A stretch of 58,956 bases of DNA from a virus (Duplodnaviria; Caudoviricetes), in the IMG/VR virus record IMGVR_UViG_3300019863_000024, positions 1 through 58,956 of that record; one strand, 5' to 3'. The notes beneath the pieces were generated by a model, which was not told the origin of the DNA, did no database searches, and saw nothing but the letters and a program-made list of their open reading frames with translations. The translations under genes and the position numbers were made by a program. Below are positions 19,596-29,657 of this stretch, piece by piece. Numbering within the stretch: the stretch's first letter is position 1; every line of letters begins with the position of its first letter.

Positions 19596-20510
19596 ATGAA
19601 TACAGGAAATACTGCTAAGATACTTAATAATAAGAAACATCACTATACATATATAATTACTAACCAAGAAACAGGTATGAAATATTTTGGAGTTAGGAGT
19701 TGTAATTGTATACCTGATGAAGATATATATATGGGTTCATCAAAGTCCTTAAGAGCTGATATGGATGAATTAGGTATAGATAAATTTAGTAAAGTGATAC
19801 ATGGTAATTGGGATAGTAGAGAAAAAGCTAATATGGTTGAAGAAAATTACCTAAAAGATATAAACGCTAAAAATAATCCAGGATACTACAATAAGGCTAA
19901 TAGCCATAGAGATATGTACTTCGACTATGACTCACTAAGTGATGAAGAGAAAGAAGCTATGACAGCTAAGTTACTAGAGTCAACAGGAACAAAAGAAGCT
20001 AAAGCTAAAATGAGTATTGGATTAAAGAAGACTTGGTCAGAACAAAAAGATAAGATGGTAGCAAAGATACACCACGCTGATAGGGACTACAGTAACCATA
20101 TGCAATCACTAGATGTAAACAGAGGTACAGGTAATGCAAGGCTGAAAGGTGCAGATAGAACCGAAGCACAGAAGTTGTCTGATAAGACAAAGGATAGTAG
20201 CCATCTACACTCAGCAGAAGTGATAGCTAAAAGTGCAGCTACTAGGACTGGAAGAAAAAGACCAGAGCATGCTGAAGCAATGGTTGGTAGAAGAGCGATG
20301 ATGAAAAATAGTGAACAGATTAGTGTACCAATGGATGAAATAGATAAGTACATAGCTGATGGTTGGGAACTAGGCAGTAAGCAAAAAGGGCAGCCAAAAG
20401 GTAAACAAATAAAACTGACTTGCCCACATTGTGGTAAAGTTGGAGGGTTATCAAATATGAAGAGATACCATATAGATAATTGTAAATTAAAACAAGATAA
20501 GGATAAATAA
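19596..20510 (+). CDS. Free-standing GIY-YIG (Seg-like) homing endonuclease
   Basis: HYTYIITN...KYFGVRS...YMGSS...E...YYN, NUMOD-like basic repeats, C-terminal CPHCGKVG..MKRYH..NC; ATG 19596 follows AGGAG. Confidence 0.85.
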   Translation: MNTGNTAKILNNKKHHYTYIITNQETGMKYFGVRSCNCIPDEDIYMGSSKSLRADMDELGIDKFSKVIHGNWDSREKANMVEENYLKDINAKNNPGYYNKANSHRDMYFDYDSLSDEEKEAMTAKLLESTGTKEAKAKMSIGLKKTWSEQKDKMVAKIHHADRDYSNHMQSLDVNRGTGNARLKGADRTEAQKLSDKTKDSSHLHSAEVIAKSAATRTGRKRPEHAEAMVGRRAMMKNSEQISVPMDEIDKYIADGWELGSKQKGQPKGKQIKLTCPHCGKVGGLSNMKRYHIDNCKLKQDKDK

Positions 20511-22249
20511 TGGCAGGAATAGCATTTCATCCATGGTACGCAGTACATGGAACAAAGAATTTTAGTGATGGTAATTTGTGGTATAACACAACAGATACTA
20601 TAAATAGCTTATATGACTGTGTAGTTAATGCTGGTACAGGCAATGGTAGACCAGATAGCAAAGAAGCAGACCTTAGTTATATAGAGGGTCAAGGAGGTTT
20701 ACTTTGTTACTCTATCCCTAATGCTAAGACACCTACGTATAAACACCAAGAGGAAGTAAAGAGAAACTTAGTTGATGGGTATATTGAGAATGGTGTTGAA
20801 ACTAATTATGGTGTAACTTGTACCTCCGTTAGGGATGGTTTCAGTGATGGTGGGGCAGGTAATAGAACTTATGTATACCTCAGTGATGGATGGTATACTA
20901 CTGTAGGTGACCAAACTGGTATAGATACTACATTTGGTTATATAATTCACTCTTCAGGGGTATATAAAATATCAGGTAGAAATAATAGTGGTGCAGCTAT
21001 ACTAGATGTAGAACTTGGTAATATATCAGCAAACTTTACTAATGGAGACTCCTTTTTTATTATTCATAAAACTAAATCCCCATACCTAGCAACTCAAGGT
21101 ACGATGACTCATACTGACCTGATAGGAGACCCAGCACCATACAATAGCTTAGATGCAACATACATAGCAAATGATGGAAATACTGATACAGATGTTACAG
21201 ATATGCCAACAGGTACTTTAGTATGGAATGCTGATGATGGAAAAATATGGAAAACTAAAGTTGACACAATAGACTTAACAGATAGTACACCTAGTGTAGA
21301 CATTGAAGAGGGTGATAACTGGACTGAAGTTAAGAAAGGCTATCCAGTTGAGTTAAGAAATAGATTGGCTAGCGGTAAAGGTGTTGGGTTTATGAATGCT
21401 TTACTTGTTGGACAGGATGGAACAAGTTACAATTTACAAAATTGGAATACCATGATAGCTTCAAAGAAAAACATACATGCATTTGATTTTACAAGATGGT
21501 TAGGAGATAGTAGTACTTCTTATAGTCATGGTGCTTTAGAGGATAGCTCTACTTATAATACTTTTGGTACTTCTGGTGTCATATATTCAGGTGGTCATGT
21601 ATTCTTATCGTACCAAGCTCAGAACCAACCAGCTATTCCAGTAACTTCTATTCAACCAATAGAGGTAGTAGATAGAGAGTTGATAGCAAGTGATAGTCAT
21701 ACTTTATATGCTTATAATGGTCTTACATATGCTGCTAGTGGTAAGATTGCAACTGGTGATAGTATTGAAGCTAAAGGTCTTGATGGTACATTGATAGCAT
21801 ACTCTAATAATAAGATAGTAACTGATAACTCAACTACTATTCATCTAGTAGAAAATGAATTATTTACAGTATATGGTAATGATCATGTTTCAGATGGAAC
21901 AATACTTCAAAGACTTAACTCTGATCTTACTGGAATTTTAGATAGTTCATATAATTTTATTGATCTTTACGATTTAGCTTATAGATACATTGGTAGTTTA
22001 CTTACAACTCCTACTCATAATCCTTTACAATTAGACCCTCAATCAATAGTAGGTTCTAAATCTTTAATCACTCAAACATCAAGTGCTACTCAAGTATTTA
22101 CACAAGAGTTAGTTTTAGATACTTCAAATAATGATTGGGGTGATAGTGGTAAGTTTGATAAGCTTGACTCAGGTACTGTTTATAATCTTAATGGTTCACC
22201 AGTTCAAACTAAAGTCTTAATTAAAGGTAGTTCAATTAAGATAGGTTAG
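20510..22249 (+). CDS. Tail fibre/spike protein (possibly C-terminal half of the upstream fibre)
   Basis: Beta-rich G/T/D/S composition; FHPWY..G..FSDG..WY..S..DC...GRPD motif recalled from internal parts of phage fibres. Confidence 0.65.
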   Translation: MAGIAFHPWYAVHGTKNFSDGNLWYNTTDTINSLYDCVVNAGTGNGRPDSKEADLSYIEGQGGLLCYSIPNAKTPTYKHQEEVKRNLVDGYIENGVETNYGVTCTSVRDGFSDGGAGNRTYVYLSDGWYTTVGDQTGIDTTFGYIIHSSGVYKISGRNNSGAAILDVELGNISANFTNGDSFFIIHKTKSPYLATQGTMTHTDLIGDPAPYNSLDATYIANDGNTDTDVTDMPTGTLVWNADDGKIWKTKVDTIDLTDSTPSVDIEEGDNWTEVKKGYPVELRNRLASGKGVGFMNALLVGQDGTSYNLQNWNTMIASKKNIHAFDFTRWLGDSSTSYSHGALEDSSTYNTFGTSGVIYSGGHVFLSYQAQNQPAIPVTSIQPIEVVDRELIASDSHTLYAYNGLTYAASGKIATGDSIEAKGLDGTLIAYSNNKIVTDNSTTIHLVENELFTVYGNDHVSDGTILQRLNSDLTGILDSSYNFIDLYDLAYRYIGSLLTTPTHNPLQLDPQSIVGSKSLITQTSSATQVFTQELVLDTSNNDWGDSGKFDKLDSGTVYNLNGSPVQTKVLIKGSSIKIG

Positions 22250-22264
22250 TATGAACTACTACCA

Positions 22265-22313
22265 AGAGTAACTATTTAATATATATATATATATATCATA
22301 TAGTAGTTACTCT
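22265..22313. terminator. Hairpin with (AT)n loop, likely terminator
   Basis: AGAGTAACTA...(TA)n...TAGTTACTCT. Confidence 0.5.
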
Positions 22314-22362
22314 ATTTAATTCAAAGTATGATAAACTTACTTAAATGTCTAAAGGAGGCAAT

Positions 22363-22845
22363 ATGCGAAAGATAACTCAAATCAGTATACATTGTAGTGA
22401 TACCTCTATAGGGTCAGCTATAGCTTATGATAAGTACCATAGAGAGCATAACCATTGGAGTGCTATAGGTTACCATTATGTCATACTTAACGGTAATGCA
22501 GGTAATGGGTATGAGTCAATGCTAGATGGGTCTTTAGAGGTAGGTAGAAGCATTAATCAAACACCTGCAGCTGTAAGAGGGTATAATAAAGGTATGATAG
22601 CTATATGCCTTACTGGTACTGAAGAAAGTGGTTTTACTATGAATCAATTTGAAACATTGTATAAGCTTCTAAAGTATCTTATGAATAAATATAAAGTTAG
22701 TTCAAGAGATGTTAAAGGCCATAGAGACTATCCAAAAGTTACTAAGAATTGTCCTTGCTTTGAAGTCTCATCATTTGTATCTGCTATGGAATCAAGTATT
22801 AACTTTGAAGACTTTGTAAAGATTCTAAGTAAGGAAAAGGTTTAG
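22363..22845 (+). CDS. Endolysin, N-acetylmuramoyl-L-alanine amidase (Amidase_2, T7 lysozyme-like)
   Basis: ISIHCSDT, WSAIGYHYVI, GHRDY, KNCPCF Zn-amidase motifs; ATG 22363 follows AGGAGG. Confidence 0.9.
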   Translation: MRKITQISIHCSDTSIGSAIAYDKYHREHNHWSAIGYHYVILNGNAGNGYESMLDGSLEVGRSINQTPAAVRGYNKGMIAICLTGTEESGFTMNQFETLYKLLKYLMNKYKVSSRDVKGHRDYPKVTKNCPCFEVSSFVSAMESSINFEDFVKILSKEKV

Positions 22846-22847
22846 TC

Positions 22848-23327
22848 ATGTCGTTATTAAGTAATATAGGTTCAGCATTAGGTTCTAATATCTTACATAC
22901 AGTTGCTGACACTGTAGATGAGTACTTCTATACAGACCAAGAGAAATCTGAGGCTGTTAGTGATAAGACTAAGATGTTAATGGATTTATACAACTCAGAA
23001 GCTGAGAGAAGTATTAAGGTTAGAGAAATTAATGCATCTGACAGAGATTCTGCTAGGAAGTTACAAATATCAGCTATGACCAATGGAAAGGGTATAGAGA
23101 GAGTATTTGTGTATCTATTAGCAATGTTCCTTATAGGTGGTTCATTTTACTTCATGAATATTGTGTTTACACAACACATTCAGAATGAAAAGGTAGCTAT
23201 GTACACTTTAGGAACTATTAATACATTGTTGATGTCAGTGGTTTATTACTTCTTTGGTTCATCGTTAGGTAGTAAGTCTAAAACTGATATACTTCATGAA
23301 ATATCTAACCATGGTGGTCGTAAATGA
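22848..23327 (+). CDS. Putative holin
   Basis: DRDSAR motif, two TM helices, YYFFGSSLGSKSK; adjacent to endolysin. Confidence 0.7.
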   Translation: MSLLSNIGSALGSNILHTVADTVDEYFYTDQEKSEAVSDKTKMLMDLYNSEAERSIKVREINASDRDSARKLQISAMTNGKGIERVFVYLLAMFLIGGSFYFMNIVFTQHIQNEKVAMYTLGTINTLLMSVVYYFFGSSLGSKSKTDILHEISNHGGRK

Positions 23328-23635
23328 TGTATGAAACTGATCTACCATTAAGGGTAAAGACTTTTTATAAGAATACAAAAGAACTCGATATTATTAAAGT
23401 TCCAAGTACTCTTGATAGTGCAAGTGTTCAATGCTATTATAGTATTCGTAACATTCCTTATCATTCTCAAATCGTTACTAAGTTTCAAGCTGATATTATT
23501 GATGGGAGAGTAGTCATACCTAATTCATTGTTAGACCAGTTAGCCTCTGGATACTATAATCTACTCTTAGTCTTCTACTTACAAAATACAGTTGTTCAAT
23601 TTGAAGAACTAAAATTGCATATAAAGGATTTATAG
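23324..23635 (+). CDS. Hypothetical protein
   Basis: 103-aa ORF coupled to both neighbours. Confidence 0.6.
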   Translation: MMYETDLPLRVKTFYKNTKELDIIKVPSTLDSASVQCYYSIRNIPYHSQIVTKFQADIIDGRVVIPNSLLDQLASGYYNLLLVFYLQNTVVQFEELKLHIKDL

Positions 23636-23636
23636 T

Positions 23637-25952
23637 ATGATGAATGACATATTACATATTGTTCAAGAGAAACTAGAACTGAGTAGAAACTATTCTGATA
23701 TTATAAAAGGTAGGATAGTTAATTATAGGAAGTATTACTCAGACGTAGGAGCAACATCTCCATCTACATCTAAATTCAGTACTTATAGGAGTAAATCTAT
23801 AAGAAAGGAGTTTAGTAAGATAATACCATCCATTACTGAGCCAGTGTTAAGTAATGATAGGTTATTTACTTCCTCAGGTCTTAGTGATGATGATAAGAGT
23901 ATTAAACTATTAAACTTTCAATGGAACTTCTTTTTAGATAAGAATAGAATTGTAAATGAAGCTGTTAATAACTTTGTAATTGATGGTACAGCTATTATTA
24001 AATCTGAATGGGAGTTGATTACTGAGGTTAGACAAAAGAAAAGTCTTATCTATAGTTCAGATGCTAAAGAGGTCTTACATGTAGCTTCATTAAAGACTAA
24101 ATCACAATCTAAAAAGATATTAGATGAGTTTAATACTACAGGTAAAGCTCCTATAGGTATCAGAGAGGAAGATGAAGAGGTTGTGTTAGAGAATAGACCT
24201 ACAATCAAGTGTATTAACCCTTTGAACATCATAGTAGACACTACAGCTAAGAATATTAAAGATGCTAGGTTTGTAATTGAATCTTATGAATTAACTTATA
24301 AGAAGATTTTAAATAATTATAGATTGTATACTGTATCACCATTAGAGATTATTAAAGAAGCATTTAGTCAATCATCAGATTACTCTATATATGATGCAGA
24401 ACAGTTCTCTATGGTTAATCAGAATGGTAATATTGAAAACTTAATTAATGCATTTGTAGGTTCATATAATACTCTAGCTGATAAGAAAGTATTAGCCTAT
24501 GAGTATTGGGGTGAGATAAGTGAAGATGGTATTATTACTAAACCTAAGGTAGTTACTTGGATTGGAAGTACTGTTATTAGATATGCTGATAATCCTTTTA
24601 CTCATAAGACTCATCCATATTCAGCTGGTTCATACAATCATAGTAATGACTCTATATTTGGTGAATCAGATAGTGAGTTAATAGTTGATGACCAGACAGG
24701 GTTAACTAGAGTTATGAGGGTATTAGATAATGCATCTATTAAAGCTGAGAGTCAACAAGAGTTTATTGAGGAGGGTTTCTTACCTGACATTACTCAACAA
24801 CAAAACTATAAGAATAGTAAGACTGTATTCTTTAAGAGAGGTTCAGATCCAAGAAAAGCTATTTATAAGAACTCTGTAGAAGCCTTACCTGAGAATGTAG
24901 CTTTCCTTAAGGATGTGTATAGTAGACAGATTAGTGATTCATTAGCTATAACACCTGATTATGTGAATAATACCAATTCAGTAGAAGATCCTGTAGATGA
25001 TAAAGAAATGAGTAAACTTAGAAACTTTCTTGATATCCTGAGTGATGTAGGTTCTAAGATTCTATCTATGAATAAACAGTTTATTTATGAAGATATTGTT
25101 ATTTCATCTAATGATGATGAGGAGTCAACTAGAGTATTCCCTGAGGATTTAGTTTATAAGAATGGTATGACTGTAGCCTCAGCAATATCAAAGAGACAAC
25201 GTAGACTTAATGAAGATAGAATTATGAAGTTAATGTCTACACAGTCAGCTAATATGTCTCCTAAGATTGCTTCACTTCATTACTTAGAGTTGGCTAAGAT
25301 GTTTGGTAAGTATAAATTAGCTTCTAACATTCAAAGAGAAATAGCTAACATGGACAAACCTAACCCAAGAGATGAATTAGAACTTGAGAAACTAAAACTT
25401 GAGAATAATAAGATTCAATTAGAAATGAAAAGATTAGAAGCAGATTCTAAACAATTAAATTCTAAAGCTGAAGAGAACATAGCTAAAGCAGTTGAACGAT
25501 ACTTTGCTGTTAGTAAAGATGTAGCAGGTTCTGAATCTGAATTAAATATGTCAAGAAGTGACTTAGCAGAATCACAAAAATCTAAGTTTAATGCTCAAAC
25601 AGAATTATTTAATCAAGAGTTCCATTTGATTAATTCAGGTGTTAAACAAGAGAATGAAGATGCTAAGATAGAGTTCCAACATCAAGCTAATATGGAGCGT
25701 GAGAGAGTTAGAACTGATAGAGAGTTAGAACTTAATGATAAAGCACACAAACAAGCCCTAGAACAGTCTTCTAAGGGTTCTAAACAAGATGATAATGCTA
25801 ATCCATTGCTTCAATATATAAAGGCAGGAACACTTAATAATACATCTTATGATTCTGCAGATGATGTCTATAGAAACATACTTGGTAAGAACTCATTAGA
25901 TACATCAAAATACACTAAACCACAAGGAGATAACAATGCTAACAATGAATGA
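23637..25952 (+). CDS. Portal protein (N4 gp59-like)
   Basis: LLNFQWN, DGTAIIK..W, NRPTI..INPLNIIVD, AYEYWG, VTWIG..IR...NPF, SIFGESD; C-terminal coiled coil. Confidence 0.85.
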   Translation: MMNDILHIVQEKLELSRNYSDIIKGRIVNYRKYYSDVGATSPSTSKFSTYRSKSIRKEFSKIIPSITEPVLSNDRLFTSSGLSDDDKSIKLLNFQWNFFLDKNRIVNEAVNNFVIDGTAIIKSEWELITEVRQKKSLIYSSDAKEVLHVASLKTKSQSKKILDEFNTTGKAPIGIREEDEEVVLENRPTIKCINPLNIIVDTTAKNIKDARFVIESYELTYKKILNNYRLYTVSPLEIIKEAFSQSSDYSIYDAEQFSMVNQNGNIENLINAFVGSYNTLADKKVLAYEYWGEISEDGIITKPKVVTWIGSTVIRYADNPFTHKTHPYSAGSYNHSNDSIFGESDSELIVDDQTGLTRVMRVLDNASIKAESQQEFIEEGFLPDITQQQNYKNSKTVFFKRGSDPRKAIYKNSVEALPENVAFLKDVYSRQISDSLAITPDYVNNTNSVEDPVDDKEMSKLRNFLDILSDVGSKILSMNKQFIYEDIVISSNDDEESTRVFPEDLVYKNGMTVASAISKRQRRLNEDRIMKLMSTQSANMSPKIASLHYLELAKMFGKYKLASNIQREIANMDKPNPRDELELEKLKLENNKIQLEMKRLEADSKQLNSKAEENIAKAVERYFAVSKDVAGSESELNMSRSDLAESQKSKFNAQTELFNQEFHLINSGVKQENEDAKIEFQHQANMERERVRTDRELELNDKAHKQALEQSSKGSKQDDNANPLLQYIKAGTLNNTSYDSADDVYRNILGKNSLDTSKYTKPQGDNNANNE

Positions 25953-26349
25953 TATTAGAACATACCAAAGAGGTCAAAAAGCTAAAGCTGAGGACTTAGC
26001 TAACAATAAGATTAACCAATTGATAGGACAGGAAGAGAGTCAAGCTAATGCTATGGAACAACAAGTTAATCAACAGACTGAGAGAAGCCTTGAAGAGGAT
26101 GCTAACACTGTTCTACAAGAGCTACACAAGGCTAAAGATCCTCAAGCTGAATTTGAACAATTACCTCCTATCCTACAAAAGAAAGTTATGGAGCTTATGA
26201 ATGGTGGGAATCAACAACAGACTGAACAACAACCACAAACTGAACAGTCTAATGATGGGTATACAAGACAACCTATGGGTGATGGAGATGGTGACAATGA
26301 TTCATTACCTGATACACAACCTGAGAGTCCTGAACAATACTCAAGATAA
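25936..26349 (+). CDS. Hypothetical Q/E-rich protein
   Basis: ORF overlapping the portal stop; terminator-like hairpin CTACCTA/TAGGTAG follows. Confidence 0.6.
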   Translation: MLTMNDIRTYQRGQKAKAEDLANNKINQLIGQEESQANAMEQQVNQQTERSLEEDANTVLQELHKAKDPQAEFEQLPPILQKKVMELMNGGNQQQTEQQPQTEQSNDGYTRQPMGDGDGDNDSLPDTQPESPEQYSR

Positions 26350-26504
26350 GTAATCTACCTATTTAGTTAGGTAGAGTTTTAAAATTACTTAATATATAAT
26401 TTGCATAACTTAAGTTTAGTTTCATTCTACACCTATGAATCACTATCTTATTTACTTTATAAAAGTTATGCTATAATCACCTCATACAAATATAAAGGAT
26501 TATT

Positions 26505-26993
26505 ATGGAAACATATAAAGTAGAAGTACCTCAAGAGTTAATGGATAGAATGTTAGGTTTAGGGTATACTTCTGTAGAAATTCAAACATCTATTGACGAG
26601 AGAGAGCAAGAAGATTGGACTAATGCATCATCAGAAGATATTAAATACTCGTTAGATGCTTGTAAAGAAAAGATTGATGCAAGAGAAGAAGCTTTAGAGT
26701 TAACAAATAGCATTACAGAATTAGAAGAAACATCTGACCTATTTAAGACATTTATTGATGGCTATACTGTACTAGAGAGAGATAGAATTACAAGAGCATT
26801 GACTACTAATGCACCTTTAAAAGATGATGTTAGACAAGACTTAATTGAACAACTATCAGGTATTCAGAAACTAAATAGATGGATGTTTAATACTAAGAAT
26901 AGTACTGACACTTATGCCTCTGAGATTGTTGGATTAGAGTTAGATAAGATTCAATATACTTCAGTTCTTAAACATAGAGGAGACTTAGTATAA
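26505..26993 (+). CDS. Hypothetical protein (N4 gp58 position)
   Basis: Helical; FKTFIDGY motif; own TGCTATAAT promoter; synteny. Confidence 0.6.
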   Translation: METYKVEVPQELMDRMLGLGYTSVEIQTSIDEREQEDWTNASSEDIKYSLDACKEKIDAREEALELTNSITELEETSDLFKTFIDGYTVLERDRITRALTTNAPLKDDVRQDLIEQLSGIQKLNRWMFNTKNSTDTYASEIVGLELDKIQYTSVLKHRGDLV

Positions 26994-28123
26994 TGAACGA
27001 GAGTAACCAAAATACACCAGAGAAGACTGATGAAGAGCTTTCAGCATATCTAGCTTCTTTATCCAATACACTACCTACTGAGGATTCATCTATAGAGGAG
27101 GTTACTACACCTCCAGATGAGACTTCTGATACTACAAACACTCCTATAGAAGCTACTGAGGGTGAAGACTCTGATAATGTAGACTCAGGAAATGTTAAGG
27201 AAGTAGATGCTACTATTGATTCAGATACAAATACTTCTATTGATGGAAGTGATATTGAAAAAGTTACAGATACTTTACAAGATGCAAATGAAACACCTGA
27301 TTTTACAGAAGCACTCAAGAACATAGGAGTTACTTCATTAGAGAAGTTAGATGAATTAAATAATGCATTTAAATTAAATAAATTAAAGTCTAAGCAATAC
27401 TCACAGTTTGATGAACAACTGCATATAGTTAAAGAAGCTAAATTATCAGCTACAGACTTAGCATTAGCTACAGAAGCTTTACAAGGTAATCCTGAGGCTA
27501 TTAAGAAGATTATGAAACTAAAAGAGTTAGACCCTGTAGACTTCATTACAGATGATGAAGATGAAGAACCTACAATAGATGAGTCAAAGTATAAGGTTAA
27601 GAGTGAAGAAAAACTCTTTAATGATGCTTTACTTGTAGCAGAATCACGAGGTGTTAGTGATAACTTTATGAATGCATTTAACTCTTGGGACGAGGGTTCC
27701 CTTAATGATATGATGAGTAATAAGAACAATGTAGACTTATTCATTAAAGAGTTATCAGATGGTAGTTTTGATGAGATTCAGACTATTATTAATGAGCAAG
27801 AAAGTCAGGATTTTAATGGTTCTTTTGGTGAAAAGGATTCATTAGATAAATATATTTATGCTCAACAAATTTATAAAGATAGACACAAACCTATTGAACC
27901 AAAAGTTCAGGTAAATGATGCTGAACCTACTTCTAGTAAAGAGGAGGTACAAAAGGTAGTCGTTAATAATAATAATACACAGAAACTAAATGAAGCTAAA
28001 CTAGCCTCAGAACAGAGAACCGTTTCTAATTCAAATACAACTAATAGTGAGCAAACTAACAAGGCTTACTCAAGTGTAAGTGATGAAGAATTTTTTAAAA
28101 TGTTTGATGAAAAATATAAATAG
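26993..28123 (+). CDS. N4 gp57-like protein, putative scaffold
   Basis: Acidic disordered N-terminus, GNPEAIKKIMK..LDPVD, C-terminal SDEEF; precedes the capsid gene. Confidence 0.7.
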   Translation: MNESNQNTPEKTDEELSAYLASLSNTLPTEDSSIEEVTTPPDETSDTTNTPIEATEGEDSDNVDSGNVKEVDATIDSDTNTSIDGSDIEKVTDTLQDANETPDFTEALKNIGVTSLEKLDELNNAFKLNKLKSKQYSQFDEQLHIVKEAKLSATDLALATEALQGNPEAIKKIMKLKELDPVDFITDDEDEEPTIDESKYKVKSEEKLFNDALLVAESRGVSDNFMNAFNSWDEGSLNDMMSNKNNVDLFIKELSDGSFDEIQTIINEQESQDFNGSFGEKDSLDKYIYAQQIYKDRHKPIEPKVQVNDAEPTSSKEEVQKVVVNNNNTQKLNEAKLASEQRTVSNSNTTNSEQTNKAYSSVSDEEFFKMFDEKYK

Positions 28124-28141
28124 TAACTTAAAGGATAAATT

Positions 28142-29461
28142 ATGGCAACAAATGGTGTACAAAGCTTCAATGGTGGTAATCCATCAGTAGGAGAACAATT
28201 AACAGAGTTTGATATGACAAGAGTGGCTGTCAGAGAATCAAGACGTAAAAGACCTTGGTCTCAAATGGCTAAATTACAAAAGATTAAAAGAAACCATGGT
28301 GATACTTTCAAGAAAGAACGTAAATACCCTGTACTTCATAAAGCTAATATTAATACTATGGGTGTTGATCCAGAGGGTTTACAACTTCTTCCTACAAAAT
28401 GGTATGCTTGGGATGTTAATAGAGTTAGAACTGAGCATGCAACTAAAGCAGAAGCATTAGCAAGTCCAGGTCAAGTGAGTATTATGTCAGGTGAGGGTAA
28501 CCTTTATGGTGGTTCAAAAGACTTTGCTCAACAAGAGGGAAGTATTCCAGAATTACGTGAGTCTGGTGGACGTGTTAACGTTGTAGGTAGTAAACGAGTT
28601 ATTCTAACTGGAAAGATTAAGCTATATTCATTGTCTGAGGAGTTTTCTCGTACTGAAATGGAACTTGGTGGTGAAGAAAGATTAAAAGCTGAAAAGTCTA
28701 TGGAACTTGGTGAAGCTTATGCTGACTTACGTGAGACTATGATTAGAAATGACTTGTTAAGTCAAGCATTAACATCTCCAGTATATGCAGGAACAGCTTT
28801 AACTATGGATCAAATTGATGAGACATGTCTTGTTACTTATGATACATTAAGAAGATTTCAATCTAAACTTGACCTTTTAAGAGTTCCTATGGCTACTCGT
28901 ATGATTACTGGTTCAACTAAAGTTGGTACAAAGGTTGTTGAAAGTGCTAGATACTATTATATTCCTTTAGAACTAGAAAGAACAATTGAAGAGATCCAAC
29001 ACAATGGTACATCAATGTTTAAGTTTGTCTCTGAGTATGCTGGCTCTACTGTAGGTATTGCTGATCGTGACCAAGATGTTAATGCTGCAAATGGTGAAAT
29101 TGGTGCTATTGGTAAGGCTAGATTCATTTCTGATTCTAATATGGGTTACTTCCAAGGTGTAGGTGCAGATGCTACTGATGGTAATGATGCAGATGGTAAT
29201 GGAATTGAAGATGCTGGTGAGGGTCTATCTATCACAGACGGTAAGTATGATGCATTCCCAATCCTTTCTGTAGGTGCTGAGTCATTTGAGGTTCTAGGAC
29301 TTGAGGGTGATGATGTTAGTGTTAAATATGCAGCTCCAAAGATTATTCCAGGTATTGATAATACTGGTGAATTAGGAGTTGTTAGTGTTAGATTCTGGTA
29401 TGGTCTTCTATTCAACAAGATTGAGCAATGTAACTGTATTCTAACAGCAGGATTGAAATAA
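28142..29461 (+). CDS. Major capsid protein, N4-gp56 family
   Basis: GNLYGGSKD, PELRESGGRVNVVG, MITGS, GEIGAIG..RFI, GELGVVSVRFWYG. Confidence 0.92.
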   Translation: MATNGVQSFNGGNPSVGEQLTEFDMTRVAVRESRRKRPWSQMAKLQKIKRNHGDTFKKERKYPVLHKANINTMGVDPEGLQLLPTKWYAWDVNRVRTEHATKAEALASPGQVSIMSGEGNLYGGSKDFAQQEGSIPELRESGGRVNVVGSKRVILTGKIKLYSLSEEFSRTEMELGGEERLKAEKSMELGEAYADLRETMIRNDLLSQALTSPVYAGTALTMDQIDETCLVTYDTLRRFQSKLDLLRVPMATRMITGSTKVGTKVVESARYYYIPLELERTIEEIQHNGTSMFKFVSEYAGSTVGIADRDQDVNAANGEIGAIGKARFISDSNMGYFQGVGADATDGNDADGNGIEDAGEGLSITDGKYDAFPILSVGAESFEVLGLEGDDVSVKYAAPKIIPGIDNTGELGVVSVRFWYGLLFNKIEQCNCILTAGLK

Positions 29462-29487
29462 GGTAGCTTAGTCAATCTTATAAGTAT

Positions 29488-29519
29488 TAACCTAGACATT
29501 AAGTTGTTTAGGTTATACT
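29488..29519 (+). promoter_or_regulatory. TTAAG-N10-TATACT promoter embedded in a hairpin
   Basis: TAACCTAGACA-ttaagt-TGTTTAGGTTA running into TATACT; same layout near 30346, 31371, 32156. Confidence 0.55.
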
Positions 29520-29526
29520 GATTTAT

Positions 29527-29657
29527 ATATCTTTTATGGTTATTACTCTACTTAACTCTATAGTAACCCTAAAAGGTATTAATTTGATATGAGTTGCTTG
29601 GTAATCAATTTCATATAACCTTTAAAACTTATTATTATTACCGAAAGGGTATTCATT
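29527..29657 (+). ncRNA. Structured leader A (two hairpins; loop TTGGTAAT pairs with ATTACCGA at the RBS)
   Basis: Stem 29527-29545/29561-29579; stem 29587-29596/29606-29616; target 29637-29644. Confidence 0.55.

Noticed and set aside
19543-20510. Group I intron around the GIY-YIG gene
   Set aside because: Only 53 nt upstream and none downstream; no P/Q/R/S core seen
22345-23635. Spanin genes in the lysis cassette
   Set aside because: No lipobox-bearing ORF identified by eye
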